Source of the DNA: an uncultured Actinomycetota bacterium
GTDB taxonomy: Bacteria > Actinomycetota > Actinomycetes > Streptomycetales > Streptomycetaceae
DNA length: 64,000 nucleotides
Assembly: GCA_963711125.1 (NCBI GenBank)
Contig: CAVQCY010000002.1
Coordinates: 1,243,852-1,307,851 of the forward strand
Direction of reading: 5' to 3'
Positions 1-9,138 of this stretch are shown one piece after another. Position numbers and translations under genes: made by a program. Every line of letters begins with the position of its first letter. Within the stretch, counting starts at the first letter, position 1. The notes under the pieces are model-generated. The model saw only the letters and a list, made by a program, of their open reading frames with translations, was not told where the DNA came from and made no database searches.

Positions 1-175
1 ACCCGAGACCGACCCTGACACCGGTCCCCTCGACCCACAGCGCCGGAATCGGGAGCAGGCCCTCATCGCTCCGGTAACCTCCCCGAGCGGCAGCGGCGTT
101 GACCCAGGGCACGACAACGGCGGAGCGAGCTGGGGCGAAGTCCACATCGCCGGGGGCGATGCGGCCTTCGCGCTC

Positions 176-823
176 GTGCCCGCCCCAGCGGGGGCGGACT
201 CCGTCCGTGCCCAGCGGGGCACGGACCAGCAGGCAGGGGAGGCCGAGCGCGACCTCCCCCAGGACCAGCCTGCAGACGTCGTGCGCCTCGCGCCGACGAT
301 CAACGCCGACGCATTTGTGCACCACGGCGTCGCCGCCAACGACATCCCGGCACCTATCGACGACGCCACCGCACCCGGCTCCGAGCGTCGGCGGCGACTG
401 AGCGAAGTCCTGTACCGGCCCCGCTCCGGGACCAAGCGCGACGTGCAGTTGACATGCTCTGCCGAACCGGCGGAACGCGAGTTCATTGACCGCGCTGCAC
501 GCGATGCGAAGCGCTCCCGCTCGGCCTACCTGATGGACGCCGCCCTCACGTTCGCCCACGCCTACCTGCCCGACCAACGGCCCGCAGGCGTGCCGGCGCT
601 GCCGTCACCGCAGGCCACCCAGGACCTGATGGTTCTGTTCGGAAGGCTGATACGCGAGTTCCACCGGATCGGTAACAACCTCAACCAGATCGTCCGCGCA
701 CTCCATACCGGCGACCTGCCCGAGCACGCCGAGCAGATCCTCGACGAACTGCACCAGCTCGGACGCCTGGCCCGACGCGCACTGGAGCAGGTCCTCGCAG
801 GAGGTGGTCGCCGTGGTGCCTGA
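176..823 (+). CDS. MobC-like plasmid mobilization (relaxosome accessory) protein; true start probably downstream of 176
   Basis: C-terminal motif LIREFHRIGNNLNQIVRALHTGD matches the MobC family N-L-N-Q signature. An upstream RHH-like stretch reads AERE-FIDRAARDAKRSRSAYLMDAAL. The ORF overlaps the start of the downstream relaxase. Confidence 0.55.
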   Translation: MPAPAGADSVRAQRGTDQQAGEAERDLPQDQPADVVRLAPTINADAFVHHGVAANDIPAPIDDATAPGSERRRRLSEVLYRPRSGTKRDVQLTCSAEPAEREFIDRAARDAKRSRSAYLMDAALTFAHAYLPDQRPAGVPALPSPQATQDLMVLFGRLIREFHRIGNNLNQIVRALHTGDLPEHAEQILDELHQLGRLARRALEQVLAGGGRRGA

Positions 824-2561
824 CGTCTCCACCGGGGACCGCACCCGCGGCCTGCTCTCCTACCTCTTCGGACCGGGCCGCCGCAACGAGCACACCGACC
901 CGCACATCGTCGCCGCCTTCGCCATGCCCGGCATCACTGACCCCGGTCGCGTCCTCCTCGACGAGCACCAGGCCATGCTGACGGAACTGGCCGAATACCT
1001 CGACCAGCCGGTGCGACTGCGCGAGCAGCGCACCGGGAAGAAGGTTCCGCAGCACGTGTGGCACTGCCCCGTCCGCACCGCCCCCGGCGACCGCTACCTC
1101 ACCGACACCGAATGGGCCGAGGTGGCCCGCCGCATCGTCCACGCAACCGGCATAGCTCCGGCAGGCGACGACGCGGGCTGCCGGTGGATCGCGGTGCGGC
1201 ACGCGGAGGACCACATCCACATCATGGCCACCAGCGTCCGCGAGGACGGCCGCCGCCCTCGCAACAAACGCGACGGGCAGCGTGCCCAGGCCGAGTGCCG
1301 CAAGATCGAGGCCGAACTCGGGTTGCGGCGCCTGAAGTCCGGCGACGCGACCGCGCCGAAGACCCCGACCGGCGCGGAGGTGGCCAAGGCCGAGCGCCAG
1401 GGCCGCCAGCAGACAGCGCGGCAGTGGCTGCGCGAGCACGCCTACGCCGCCGCAGCCGCCTCCACCGACGAAGACGAGTACTTCGCCGTCCTCACCGCGT
1501 ACGGCATCCAGGTCCGGCACCGCATCGGGCCCGAAACCGGCGAGACCACCGACTACAGCCTCGCCGCCCCCGGAGACACCGACGCCAAGGGCGAACCCGT
1601 CTTCTACAGCGGCTCCGCACTGGCCCCCGACCTCTCCCTCAACCGACTCCGCGAACGCTTCATCCCCGCCGACGACCAGTTCGCGACACAACCCCGGAAG
1701 CATCCCGCCAACCGCCGCGAGAGCGGGGACGCCTGGCGGCGGGCCGAGACCGAACTGCGCACCACCTACGCCTTCCTCCTCGACGCGCCGAAGGGAGAGG
1801 ACACGGATGCCCAGGTGCAAGCCCAGGCAGCGGCCTTCGCCGAACTGCTCCACAACACCGCATCGACCGCGCCGCGCCAACTTCGGGCCGAACTGCGTGC
1901 GGCAGCAGTCGAGTTCGACCGGGCGAATCGCTCCGCGATCCGAGCGGAACACCAAAGCGCCAACGCGCTGCGGCAAGCGGGGAAGGAACTGATCCGCGCC
2001 CTGGGCGGCGGGGACGGCGGCGCCGTGGCCGCGCTGCTGTGCACCGCGATCTACACGCTGATCGCCCTGAACCGCTGGCACGAGCAGCGCGGGCATCAGC
2101 AGCAGGCCGCTGCCGCCCAACAATCGCTCATCCACCTCCAAGCCGCCTACCAGCAGACGGCACGTCCCGCGCTGGCCAGGCTCGCCGACCGCACCCCCGG
2201 AGCCGATGAGACCCGGCGCATGGCCACCACCGTCCACGCGGTGCTGCCCGAGCACGCCGGACGGATCCTCACCGACCCAGGCTGGCCCGCCCTGGCAACG
2301 GCCCTTGCCCAGGCCGAGTCCGCCGGCGTCGCGCCCCGGCAGGCACTTGCCGCTGCGGCCGGGCAGCGGGAACTCGACAGCGCCGACCGCCCGGCCGAAG
2401 TCCTCGTCTGGCGCCTCCGCAACGCCACGGCCGACCGGATCATCGAACGCGTCCAGGCCGCACGCGCCCGCAGCGGCCACGCCACGATGACACCCGCGTC
2501 CGCGACACCTTCTGTACCGGTCGTCGCCAGGGCCGCCAACGACCCCACGCGCCGACGCTGA
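804..2561 (+). CDS. Relaxase / mobilization nuclease (MobA/VirD2-like)
   Basis: N-terminus reads GLLSYLFGPGRRNEHTDPH. The histidine triad HAEDHIHIM matches relaxase motif III. The gene sits directly downstream of, and overlaps, the mobC-like gene. Confidence 0.7.
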   Translation: MVAVVPDVSTGDRTRGLLSYLFGPGRRNEHTDPHIVAAFAMPGITDPGRVLLDEHQAMLTELAEYLDQPVRLREQRTGKKVPQHVWHCPVRTAPGDRYLTDTEWAEVARRIVHATGIAPAGDDAGCRWIAVRHAEDHIHIMATSVREDGRRPRNKRDGQRAQAECRKIEAELGLRRLKSGDATAPKTPTGAEVAKAERQGRQQTARQWLREHAYAAAAASTDEDEYFAVLTAYGIQVRHRIGPETGETTDYSLAAPGDTDAKGEPVFYSGSALAPDLSLNRLRERFIPADDQFATQPRKHPANRRESGDAWRRAETELRTTYAFLLDAPKGEDTDAQVQAQAAAFAELLHNTASTAPRQLRAELRAAAVEFDRANRSAIRAEHQSANALRQAGKELIRALGGGDGGAVAALLCTAIYTLIALNRWHEQRGHQQQAAAAQQSLIHLQAAYQQTARPALARLADRTPGADETRRMATTVHAVLPEHAGRILTDPGWPALATALAQAESAGVAPRQALAAAAGQRELDSADRPAEVLVWRLRNATADRIIERVQAARARSGHATMTPASATPSVPVVARAANDPTRRR

Positions 2562-2642
2562 CCCGCTAGGACCAGGCCGACGGCAGGCGGGCGGCCACAG
2601 TTGATGGTCGCCGGCCCGCCCCGCCGCTCCATCGAAGTTCCG

Positions 2643-3055
2643 TCAGCCCTTGAGCGCGGGGTCCAGGTACTCCTGCACCGGCTCGAAGAGCCCGTACGGC
2701 ACGTACTCGGGGATTTCAGCGAGTGCCACCCACGCAAGCGCGTCCAGTTCGTCGGTGTCCACCACCTCGGCGACGCCGCTGACGACCTCGCAAGCCGTGT
2801 ACGACATGCGTCGGCCGGTCTTCGGGTGAACGCGCTCGCCCAGGAGCTTGACGGCGGCCACGCCCAGTCCGGTCTCCTCCGCGGTCTCTCGGACGGCCGC
2901 CTCCTCGGGGCCTCGCCGGGCTCGATCTCACCGGCCGGGAACTGCCAGGAGAGCTGGCCCTCGCTGAACCGTCGCCGGACCATCAGGACGCGACACTCGT
3001 GGACCACGATTGCGGCGGCGATTCCCGGGCGTTCCTCGGCAGTCTGCTGTGTCAC
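2643..3055 (-). pseudogene. NUDIX hydrolase, disrupted by a 1-nt frameshift near 2895-2930
   Basis: GTG at 3055 is preceded by GGAGGAG. The N-terminal NUDIX fold (VVHECRVLMVRRRFSEGQLSWQFPAGEIEPGEAP) lies in one frame and the Nudix box continues in another (EEAAVRETAEETGLGVAAVKLLGERV...). The two only join if one base is added. Confidence 0.55.
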
Positions 3056-3267
3056 GTCTGCTCCTCCAGGGAGGCCAGGATGGGCGGAAATCGTATCGGC
3101 GTCGATGAAGCAGGTCACCGAGTTCCGAGGAACACCGTTGACCGCCACGCTGGCCAGCGCGGAGAGCACCGACCAACGCGCCCGTGACGTCGTTGCCAGA
3201 GGACCGCCTGCTACCAGGCAAGCGACCCTCCCATGTCCCGGCGCTGGGCCAGCGCCTGCACTTCGGA

Positions 3268-3864
3268 TTACGGCAGTTGAACCGCTCGTGTCGCTTCTTC
3301 TTTGGGGTGACTCCCACGGCCAGAGCTCGGGGAGGACGACAAGGCCGAGGCCCACCGGAGAGCAATCGCCAGGTGTTCGGGCAACAGGCCCATACGCGGG
3401 TGGGGCTGGATGAGCAGAGTCGGGATACCGCCGGAATTCCGTTCTGCCGCCCATGCGTGGTCGAGGGCGGTGAAGTCGTCGTCGATCCAGACGACGGGAG
3501 CGTCGGCGAGCCAGCCCTCGACGTAATCCCGCTTCCACAGGTAGCCGTTGGGGTGGCTGGTGGTGATCTGCGGACGGGGAAGGTCGACGTACGGGAATGG
3601 CGGAAGGCCGAGGATCGGACCGATGAGAGCGGCGGCGTCCTGGCGCCAACTGGTGCACCAGACAGGGGCGAGGAGGCCGCTGCGGACCACGTTCGTGAGC
3701 AGCTGGCCATGGTCGGGATTGAGCCAGACGGTCACCGGCTCGTCTGGCTGTCGTCCGGTGGGCAGGACGTCGTGACGGTTGTGGGTCGCGGGCGTGGCCC
3801 CATCCGGGGCCGGGAAGGGTATGAGGACGCCGTCGATGTCCAGGAGCAGGTAGGGCAGGGGCAT
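3268..3864 (-). CDS. HAD-superfamily hydrolase
   Basis: Motif I reads LLDIDGVL (DxDG[TV]). A conserved WIDD acidic motif is present. Length is 198 aa. Confidence 0.6.
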   Translation of the reverse strand: MPLPYLLLDIDGVLIPFPAPDGATPATHNRHDVLPTGRQPDEPVTVWLNPDHGQLLTNVVRSGLLAPVWCTSWRQDAAALIGPILGLPPFPYVDLPRPQITTSHPNGYLWKRDYVEGWLADAPVVWIDDDFTALDHAWAAERNSGGIPTLLIQPHPRMGLLPEHLAIALRWASALSSSPSSGRGSHPKEEATRAVQLP

Positions 3865-4159
3865 CGGTTCCTCCGCAGGGGTCGTGGGTGCGGGCTCGGC
3901 GGATCTGCAAGCCGACGAGATCGACTCCGGTCACGAGGGCACCGTGGTAGGCGGCGAGGTGCGCGACGTTGTGGCCGGCGCCGCAGCCGAGTTCCGCTAT
4001 ACGCCTGCCGCGAAGGTCGTTGCCGAGTATCTCGGCACCGGGACCTTGCCCGGGGCGGGTGGCCCACTCCATGCGCTGGGGAGCGGCGAGGGGCTTGGCG
4101 GGCCCGGCAGATACGCGTTGTTGGGCGTGTGCGTGCCAGGGGGAGGTCTGGGCGAGCAT
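3865..4159 (-). pseudogene. Truncated N-terminal fragment (~95 aa) of a class I SAM-dependent methyltransferase
   Basis: The ATG is adjacent to the TAG stop of the upstream APH gene (TAGATG). Motif I AELGCGAGHNVAHLAAYHGALVTGVDL is clear. The fold then degenerates into Pro/Arg-rich nonsense before the HAD gene begins. Confidence 0.35.
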
Positions 4160-5071
4160 CTAGACCTCCAGGAGGTGCACCACGTCGCTGAGGTGGCGTC
4201 GTACGGTCTTGATGTACGCGGGATCGCTGGTGGGGTCGTTGATCCAGCGGATGGCCTGTTCCATGAACCACTCCACCGCCCACATGCGATGCCAGCCGAG
4301 CGCCCACGCCTCGGTCGGCAGACCGCCGCGCCGCGTGAGGGCCTCGGGGGCGCCGCCGGCGGCGACGTAGCTTTCCAGCAGGCCGCGCAACCGAGCGGGG
4401 TCGGGAGCTTCGATGGTGCCGTGCCAGCTGGCGAGGTCGAGCAGGCCGGGGCCGGTAAAGGCGCGGGCGAAGTCCAGCAGCCGCCAGCCGGTGCGGCCGA
4501 TGTGGAGACTGGTGGGGTGGAACTCGGAGTGGACCCAGCCGAACGGGCCGAGCATGGCTCCCTGGGCGCGGTAGCCGGCGGCCTGGGTGATCCGGCCGAG
4601 GGCGTCCTCGATGTCGCCGGTGTCCTCCCAGCGGGCCGCTTTGCGGAGGGCGTGGAGGTGTTCCAGAGCCCGGCCGGGGAGGGCCCGCAGCACGACCTCG
4701 TCGAGGACAGGCAGGGAGATGGCGCGTTGAGCGCCGTGAATGACCACGGCCGCGGTCAGGCCGTCGAGGTCGTCGGCCTCACGGTCCGGGGTGCCGAGGT
4801 CCTCGAGGAGCATGCCGAGCCAGCCCTCGCGGAAAGCGGAGGCGTAGACCTTGGGCACCGGGATACCCCGGTTGCGGGCATGCCGCAGCGCTTGGTCCTC
4901 CCGGTGGAAAGGCGCCTTGGCGTACTTGAAGATGGCCGTCGTCTCGTTGGGGAAGACCAGACGCTCGACTCCGGACATGGACCACACACCCACCTCCTCC
5001 CGCCGTGGTTCCGAACGGTCGGTCTGGGTGCACAGGTCGGCGAGCAGTTCGGCGGTGAGTGTCGGCTCCAT
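4160..5071 (-). CDS. Aminoglycoside/antibiotic phosphotransferase (APH) family protein
   Basis: 303 aa. The catalytic-loop-like HSEFHPTSLHI and the C-terminal region are typical of the phosphotransferase enzyme family (Brenner motif HxDxxxxN degenerate). Confidence 0.65.
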   Translation of the reverse strand: MEPTLTAELLADLCTQTDRSEPRREEVGVWSMSGVERLVFPNETTAIFKYAKAPFHREDQALRHARNRGIPVPKVYASAFREGWLGMLLEDLGTPDREADDLDGLTAAVVIHGAQRAISLPVLDEVVLRALPGRALEHLHALRKAARWEDTGDIEDALGRITQAAGYRAQGAMLGPFGWVHSEFHPTSLHIGRTGWRLLDFARAFTGPGLLDLASWHGTIEAPDPARLRGLLESYVAAGGAPEALTRRGGLPTEAWALGWHRMWAVEWFMEQAIRWINDPTSDPAYIKTVRRHLSDVVHLLEV

Positions 5072-5620
5072 GAGAAGGGTTCCGTTCTGGTAGGGCGTCC
5101 AGGGCGGGCGGCGCGGGGCCGGCCCGCCCTGGAGCCGTCGGGGCGATCAGGCGACGATCAGACTGCGTCGGTCACGCGGTGGACGTAGACCTGCTGGATC
5201 CACTCGGCCTTGAACCTTGCGAGGTCCTCGCGGAAGGCGCTCATCGACGCACCGTAGGGGGCGACGACGCCGCCCGACTGGTCCGGCACGGACTGGCAGC
5301 CGTGCACCAGTCGTCCGCCGAGCGCAGCGTGGGCCTTGATGGACTCGAGGGGGCGGTGCTCGTTGAACCAGCCGCCGTGGTAGACCTCGTCGAGCATGCC
5401 GCCCATCTCGTCGTCCAGGTCGAAGACGACGGAGGTGGCGGCCGGGAAGAACCAGCACGGGCCGACGTTCGAGATGTGCCCGTCCAACTCCACCTTGTTC
5501 AGCGCCATCAGCGTGGCCGCTTGGCGCAGCATCCGCAGGTGATCGGCGGTGAACCTCGGGAGGCCCAGCCCGTCCAGGTGCTCGTCGCGGAACAGGTGGG
5601 CGTACACCTCGTAGGCAGTG

Positions 5621-5660
5621 AGCAGTGTGCATCGTGAAAACTGCAGGTCGGGTGGGCTGG
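5621..5660. repeat. Left terminal inverted repeat of the IS
   Basis: AGCAGTGTGCATCGTGAAAACTGCAGGTCGGGTGGGCTGG matches the reverse complement of 7239-7278. Confidence 0.75.
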
Positions 5661-5792
5661 TGTGCGGAGGGTCGGGAGTGCTCGGGCTGGTCGGCGGCGG
5701 GTGTCCATGGTGAAGATCGTCTGACTGGTCGGCCGGGAGGGTTCTCTGGTTCTGCTGCGACTGCGTGAGCGGGCCGCCTACGATCCGTCACC

Positions 5793-6284
5793 GTGGCGGT
5801 ATACGGGAGATCGTGGGGAGGTGCGGGGATGTCCGATCTGGAGCGGATTACGGCTCGCCGTGACGAACTGGACGCGCTCGCCGGGGAGTTGGCCAAGCGG
5901 CTAGGGGAGGTGGAGGCCGAGCGGGAGGAGCTGGGGATCGCCGAGCGGGTCCTGCGCCGCCTGGTCGAACAGGACTGGGCCGATACGGAGGCTGCTGAGG
6001 CGGCGGCTCCGGTGAAAGCGCAGGTGGCGGGGCGTGCGCTACTGATGATCCCGCACCGCGGTGAGACGGGGAACGAGGCCGCGTTGCCCGCCGACTACTG
6101 CCGGATCTTGGCGATCGTGCGGGCCGCTGGTGGCCCGGTGCAGGTCAAGGCGGTGGGTGAGGAGCTGGGGCTTGAGGTGGGGGTGCGCGGGAAGCTGGAG
6201 CCGCTGCGGGCGAAGATGACCAAGCTCGCCGATCGTGGCTGGCTGCACAAACGGCCGGACGGGAAGTTCACCGTGCGCCTGTAG
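5793..6284 (+). CDS. IS-encoded accessory protein (putative DNA-binding; wHTH-like C-terminus)
   Basis: 163-aa ORF inside the IS, upstream of and co-oriented with the transposase. A coiled-coil N-terminal half is followed by a C-terminal half resembling a winged-helix DNA-binding domain. Harbinger/PIF-type elements typically need a second DNA-binding protein. Confidence 0.45.
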   Translation: MAVYGRSWGGAGMSDLERITARRDELDALAGELAKRLGEVEAEREELGIAERVLRRLVEQDWADTEAAEAAAPVKAQVAGRALLMIPHRGETGNEAALPADYCRILAIVRAAGGPVQVKAVGEELGLEVGVRGKLEPLRAKMTKLADRGWLHKRPDGKFTVRL

Positions 6285-6347
6285 CAGGGCCGGACCGGGG
6301 ACGACAAGGGGCGTAACCGGCGGGCCCCCGACGGCAGTTGAGTTTGT

Positions 6348-7175
6348 GTGAAGAAAAACAACGATACCGTCGAGGGCCCTGACGGCCTTGTCTACACCGC
6401 CCGCCTGCCGCTGTCGAGTGCCACCCTGAACTGGCTGGCTGACCTGATACGCGGCCACTTGAAGAGGATCGGCTCCAGGTGGCGGGTCCTGCCCGCGGGG
6501 AAGATCGCCGGCATCGTGCTGGCGGTGCTGCGCTGTGACCAGCGGCCCGGCGATCTGGCCGGCGGCAACGGGGTGCATCGCACGACCGTGACACGGTGGG
6601 TCAGGGAGGTTGTGGGTCTGCTGGCCGCCCGCGCCCCTCGCCTGGACCGCGCCCTGAAGAAGATCGCCCGAAAGGGTGGCGGGGTGGTGCTGCTGGACGG
6701 CTCGGTGATACGCACCGGGGCCGAGAACCGCAAGAACTACTCGGGCAAGAACAAATGCCATGGCCTGCTCGTGATCGCGCTCACCGACGACCGGGGCCGG
6801 CTGCTGTGGGTCTCGGCGGCCCGGCCCGGGCGGACCTCGGAGATCACCGCCTGCCGCCACGACAAACTCACCGCCCATCTCCGCGCGGCCGGCCTCGGAG
6901 CCATCGCCGACCTGGGCTTCGTCGGCCTCGACGACAGCGGCCCGGACGCCGACCCGGCGGTGATCACCGGCTACAAGGCCGTCCGGAACCGGCCGCTGAC
7001 CCGTGGCCAGAAGCTGTCCAACAAGGCACTGGCCGCAGTGCGCGCCCCGGTCGAGCACGGCTTCGCGCACCTGAAGAACTGGCGCGTCCTGGGCAAGGTC
7101 CGCACGGATCCGAGGCGGGCGACCGCGCTGGTGCGGGCCCTGCTGGTCCTCACGAACAAGGAAGTTGCCCGATGA
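6348..7175 (+). CDS. DDE transposase (HTH_Tnp_4 N-terminus + DDE_Tnp_4-like catalytic domain)
   Basis: The N-terminal HTH reads IAGIVLAVLRCDQRPGDLAGGNGVHRTTVTRWVREVV. The catalytic region reads LLDGSVIRTG...ADLGFVGLDD...ITGYKA. The C-terminal signature is RAPVEHGFAHLKNWRVL. An AT-richer start context is present. Confidence 0.8.
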   Translation: MKKNNDTVEGPDGLVYTARLPLSSATLNWLADLIRGHLKRIGSRWRVLPAGKIAGIVLAVLRCDQRPGDLAGGNGVHRTTVTRWVREVVGLLAARAPRLDRALKKIARKGGGVVLLDGSVIRTGAENRKNYSGKNKCHGLLVIALTDDRGRLLWVSAARPGRTSEITACRHDKLTAHLRAAGLGAIADLGFVGLDDSGPDADPAVITGYKAVRNRPLTRGQKLSNKALAAVRAPVEHGFAHLKNWRVLGKVRTDPRRATALVRALLVLTNKEVAR

Positions 7176-7238
7176 CCGACGATCTTGTCGCTGGACTACC
7201 GCCCCGGACCTGACCGAGCGTCCCGACGCCTACGCACA

Positions 7239-7278
7239 CCAGCCTGCCCAACCTGCAGTTTTCACGATGCACACTGCC
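7239..7278. repeat. Right terminal inverted repeat of the IS
   Basis: Its reverse complement GGCAGTGTGCATCGTGAAAACTGCAGGTTGGGCAGGCTGG matches the left end. Confidence 0.75.
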
Positions 7279-7703
7279 CAGTGCGCAGCACCCGAGCCGC
7301 GTCCGACGTGGACTCGCCGTGGGCCTTCACGAAGTCGAGCGCCATCTGCTCGACCGCGCTCTCGGTCGTCTCCTCGGCGGGCAGCAGCTGGGACTTGACC
7401 AGCTCCCAGTCGGCGACGAGCCAGGTGTGCGACTCGAACCGGAAGAAGTACTGGGCCGGGTCGATGGTGATGTGCTTGCCGTCCACCGTGATGCCGGGCA
7501 GTCGGCTCCAGCGCGGGTCGAACGCCTCGGGGATCTCGACCGAGATGGCCGTGGTGTCGATGGTGGTCACCGTGTCTCCGTCTCTTTCAGGGCACTTCGG
7601 GCACAGGCGTACCTGGACCCGGAGTCGGGTGTACGGATGGGGGCCGCCCGGATCTGGAGAGCCGGAGGGTGCTGTGGCTCCGTGTCCGGGCGGCTGATGA
7701 TTA

Positions 7704-9137
7704 GTGAACCGCCCGGCGCTCACGGTGGGTACGGTAGAGAGCACCCGGGGTGGTATACGCGGTTTACAGCTCGGCCGGAGGGGATCGTGGCAGCTCCGAG
7801 AACCCAATGTCCGCTTACGCGAGGCGATCGCTGCCGCAGGCTGCACGTACGAAGCGCTGGCGAAGGACATCCGTCGCGTGGCAGCGGAGAACGGCGACGT
7901 CCTCCAGACGAACAAGTCCGCAGTCTCCCACTGGGTGAACGGCGCCGAACCCACCGGCCGGACAGGCCAGTACATCGCCGAGGCCCTCGCCCGCCGAGCC
8001 GGTCGGATCATCACCCCCGCGCAGATCGGACTACGGCAGGCGGAAGACCCCGCTCCGGTCGGTGCTGACCCTGTGGTCGCCGCCACCGACCTGGGCCGAG
8101 CCGATGTGGAACGCCGCCGCTTCCTGGCGATCGCGGCCTTCACGACCGCCGGCGTCGCCATGCCGCTGGGATACGACCACGAAGCCACGTCCCGCATGCT
8201 CCGCGCCCGTACCGGTCGCACACGCGTGGGCGTGGAGGACGTCGATGTCGTCCGGCAGATCACCGCTGTGTTCAGCGCCGCTGACGAACGCCTCGGTGGA
8301 GGCCACGGCCTGACCACCGTCACCGCCTACCTGGCAGACACCGCAGCCCCCATGCTCCGCGCCCGCTTCCCCTCCGACCACGTTCGCCGTCAGGCTTTCG
8401 GCGCCGTCGCGGAGTTGGCCTACCTCGCCGGATGGAAGCACCATGACCTTGGCCAGGAAGGCGCCGCCCAGCGCTACTACCAGGTCGGCTACCAACTCGC
8501 CTGCGAGGCGGACCCGTACGGCCACGCCTCCTGGATGATGCGCGCCCTCGCCCACCAGGCCCTCAGCCTCAAGCAACCCCACCACTGCGTCGACCTCGTC
8601 GAAGGAGCCCTGGGTCGTGGCATCGGCCACGTCGACGGCCAGACTGAAGCGCTGCTCCACATCACCCATGCCCGCGCCTACGCGGCCGTCGGCGAGAAGC
8701 CGTCCGCCGCCCGAGCCCTCCTGGCGGCCGAAGATGCCCTGATCCGTGAGGACGGCCCCCAGCCCAGCTTCTCCCTCGTCAGCGGCCCGGCCGCCGGCAC
8801 CGTGGCCAGCCACACCGCCCGCACGCTGACCGATCTCGCCGACCACGTGGGCACGGAGCAGCAACACCGGGACGCGCTGGTGCGCTGGGACCCGGAGAAG
8901 TTCAAGCGTGTACATGCCCTCACGTACGCGGACCTCGGCGACAGCCTCGCCGCCCAGGCCCGAGCTGACGAAGCGGTGGCCGCTTGGTCGCAGGCCCTCG
9001 ACCTGATGGCGGGCATGACCTCCGACCGCACCCGCAAAGCGATCTCCTCAATCAGGTCCACGCTCGCGGTGTACCAGCGACGCCGCGTTCCAGGCGCCGC
9101 GGATCTCGCCCGCCGCGCCCGCGAGGCGCTGGCCTAA
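7704..9137 (+). CDS. XRE-family HTH transcriptional regulator with C-terminal TPR-like helical domain
   Basis: The HTH reads LREAIAAAGCTYEALAKDIRRVAAENGDVLQTNKSAVSHWVNG. A long alpha-helical repeat C-terminus follows. The start is uncertain (GTG 7704 or 7725). The stop precedes the downstream NUDIX ATG by 1 bp. Confidence 0.65.
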   Translation: MNRPALTVGTVESTRGGIRGLQLGRRGSWQLREPNVRLREAIAAAGCTYEALAKDIRRVAAENGDVLQTNKSAVSHWVNGAEPTGRTGQYIAEALARRAGRIITPAQIGLRQAEDPAPVGADPVVAATDLGRADVERRRFLAIAAFTTAGVAMPLGYDHEATSRMLRARTGRTRVGVEDVDVVRQITAVFSAADERLGGGHGLTTVTAYLADTAAPMLRARFPSDHVRRQAFGAVAELAYLAGWKHHDLGQEGAAQRYYQVGYQLACEADPYGHASWMMRALAHQALSLKQPHHCVDLVEGALGRGIGHVDGQTEALLHITHARAYAAVGEKPSAARALLAAEDALIREDGPQPSFSLVSGPAAGTVASHTARTLTDLADHVGTEQQHRDALVRWDPEKFKRVHALTYADLGDSLAAQARADEAVAAWSQALDLMAGMTSDRTRKAISSIRSTLAVYQRRRVPGAADLARRAREALA

Positions 9138-9138
9138 C

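Larger units (their letters stand above)
5621..7278 (+). mobile_element. Intact insertion sequence (1658 bp), IS5-family / DDE_Tnp_4 (Harbinger-like) type with two ORFs
   Basis: Terminal inverted repeats are about 40 bp with 4 mismatches, including a 27-bp perfect core GCAGTGTGCATCGTGAAAACTGCAGGT. It is flanked by a 5-bp direct repeat CAGTG at 5616-5620 and 7279-7283. It carries an HTH accessory ORF and a DDE transposase. Confidence 0.75.
5158..7573 (-). pseudogene. Hypothetical protein gene interrupted by an IS insertion (N-part 7284-7573, C-part 5158-5620)
   Basis: Removing the IS (5621-7278) and one copy of the CAGTG repeat joins ...AHGESTSDAARVLR to TAYEVYAHLFRDEHLDG... in one continuous frame of about 250 aa. 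GTG at 7573 is preceded by GGAGA. No family was recognised. Confidence 0.55.

Noticed and set aside
681-2480. Long antisense and overlapping ORFs throughout (e.g. 681-2480 minus, 2147-4159 minus, 16680-19118 minus, 33169-35997 plus, 56742-59411 minus and many 60-400 aa ORFs rich in Arg/Pro/Gly/Ala)
   Set aside because: High GC suppresses stop codons in non-coding frames. These ORFs lack recognisable domains and have R/P/G/A-dominated composition. They overlap genes with clear homology on the other strand or frame. Only the embedded real segments, for example the methyltransferase start at 4159 and the 35584-35997 tail, were kept.
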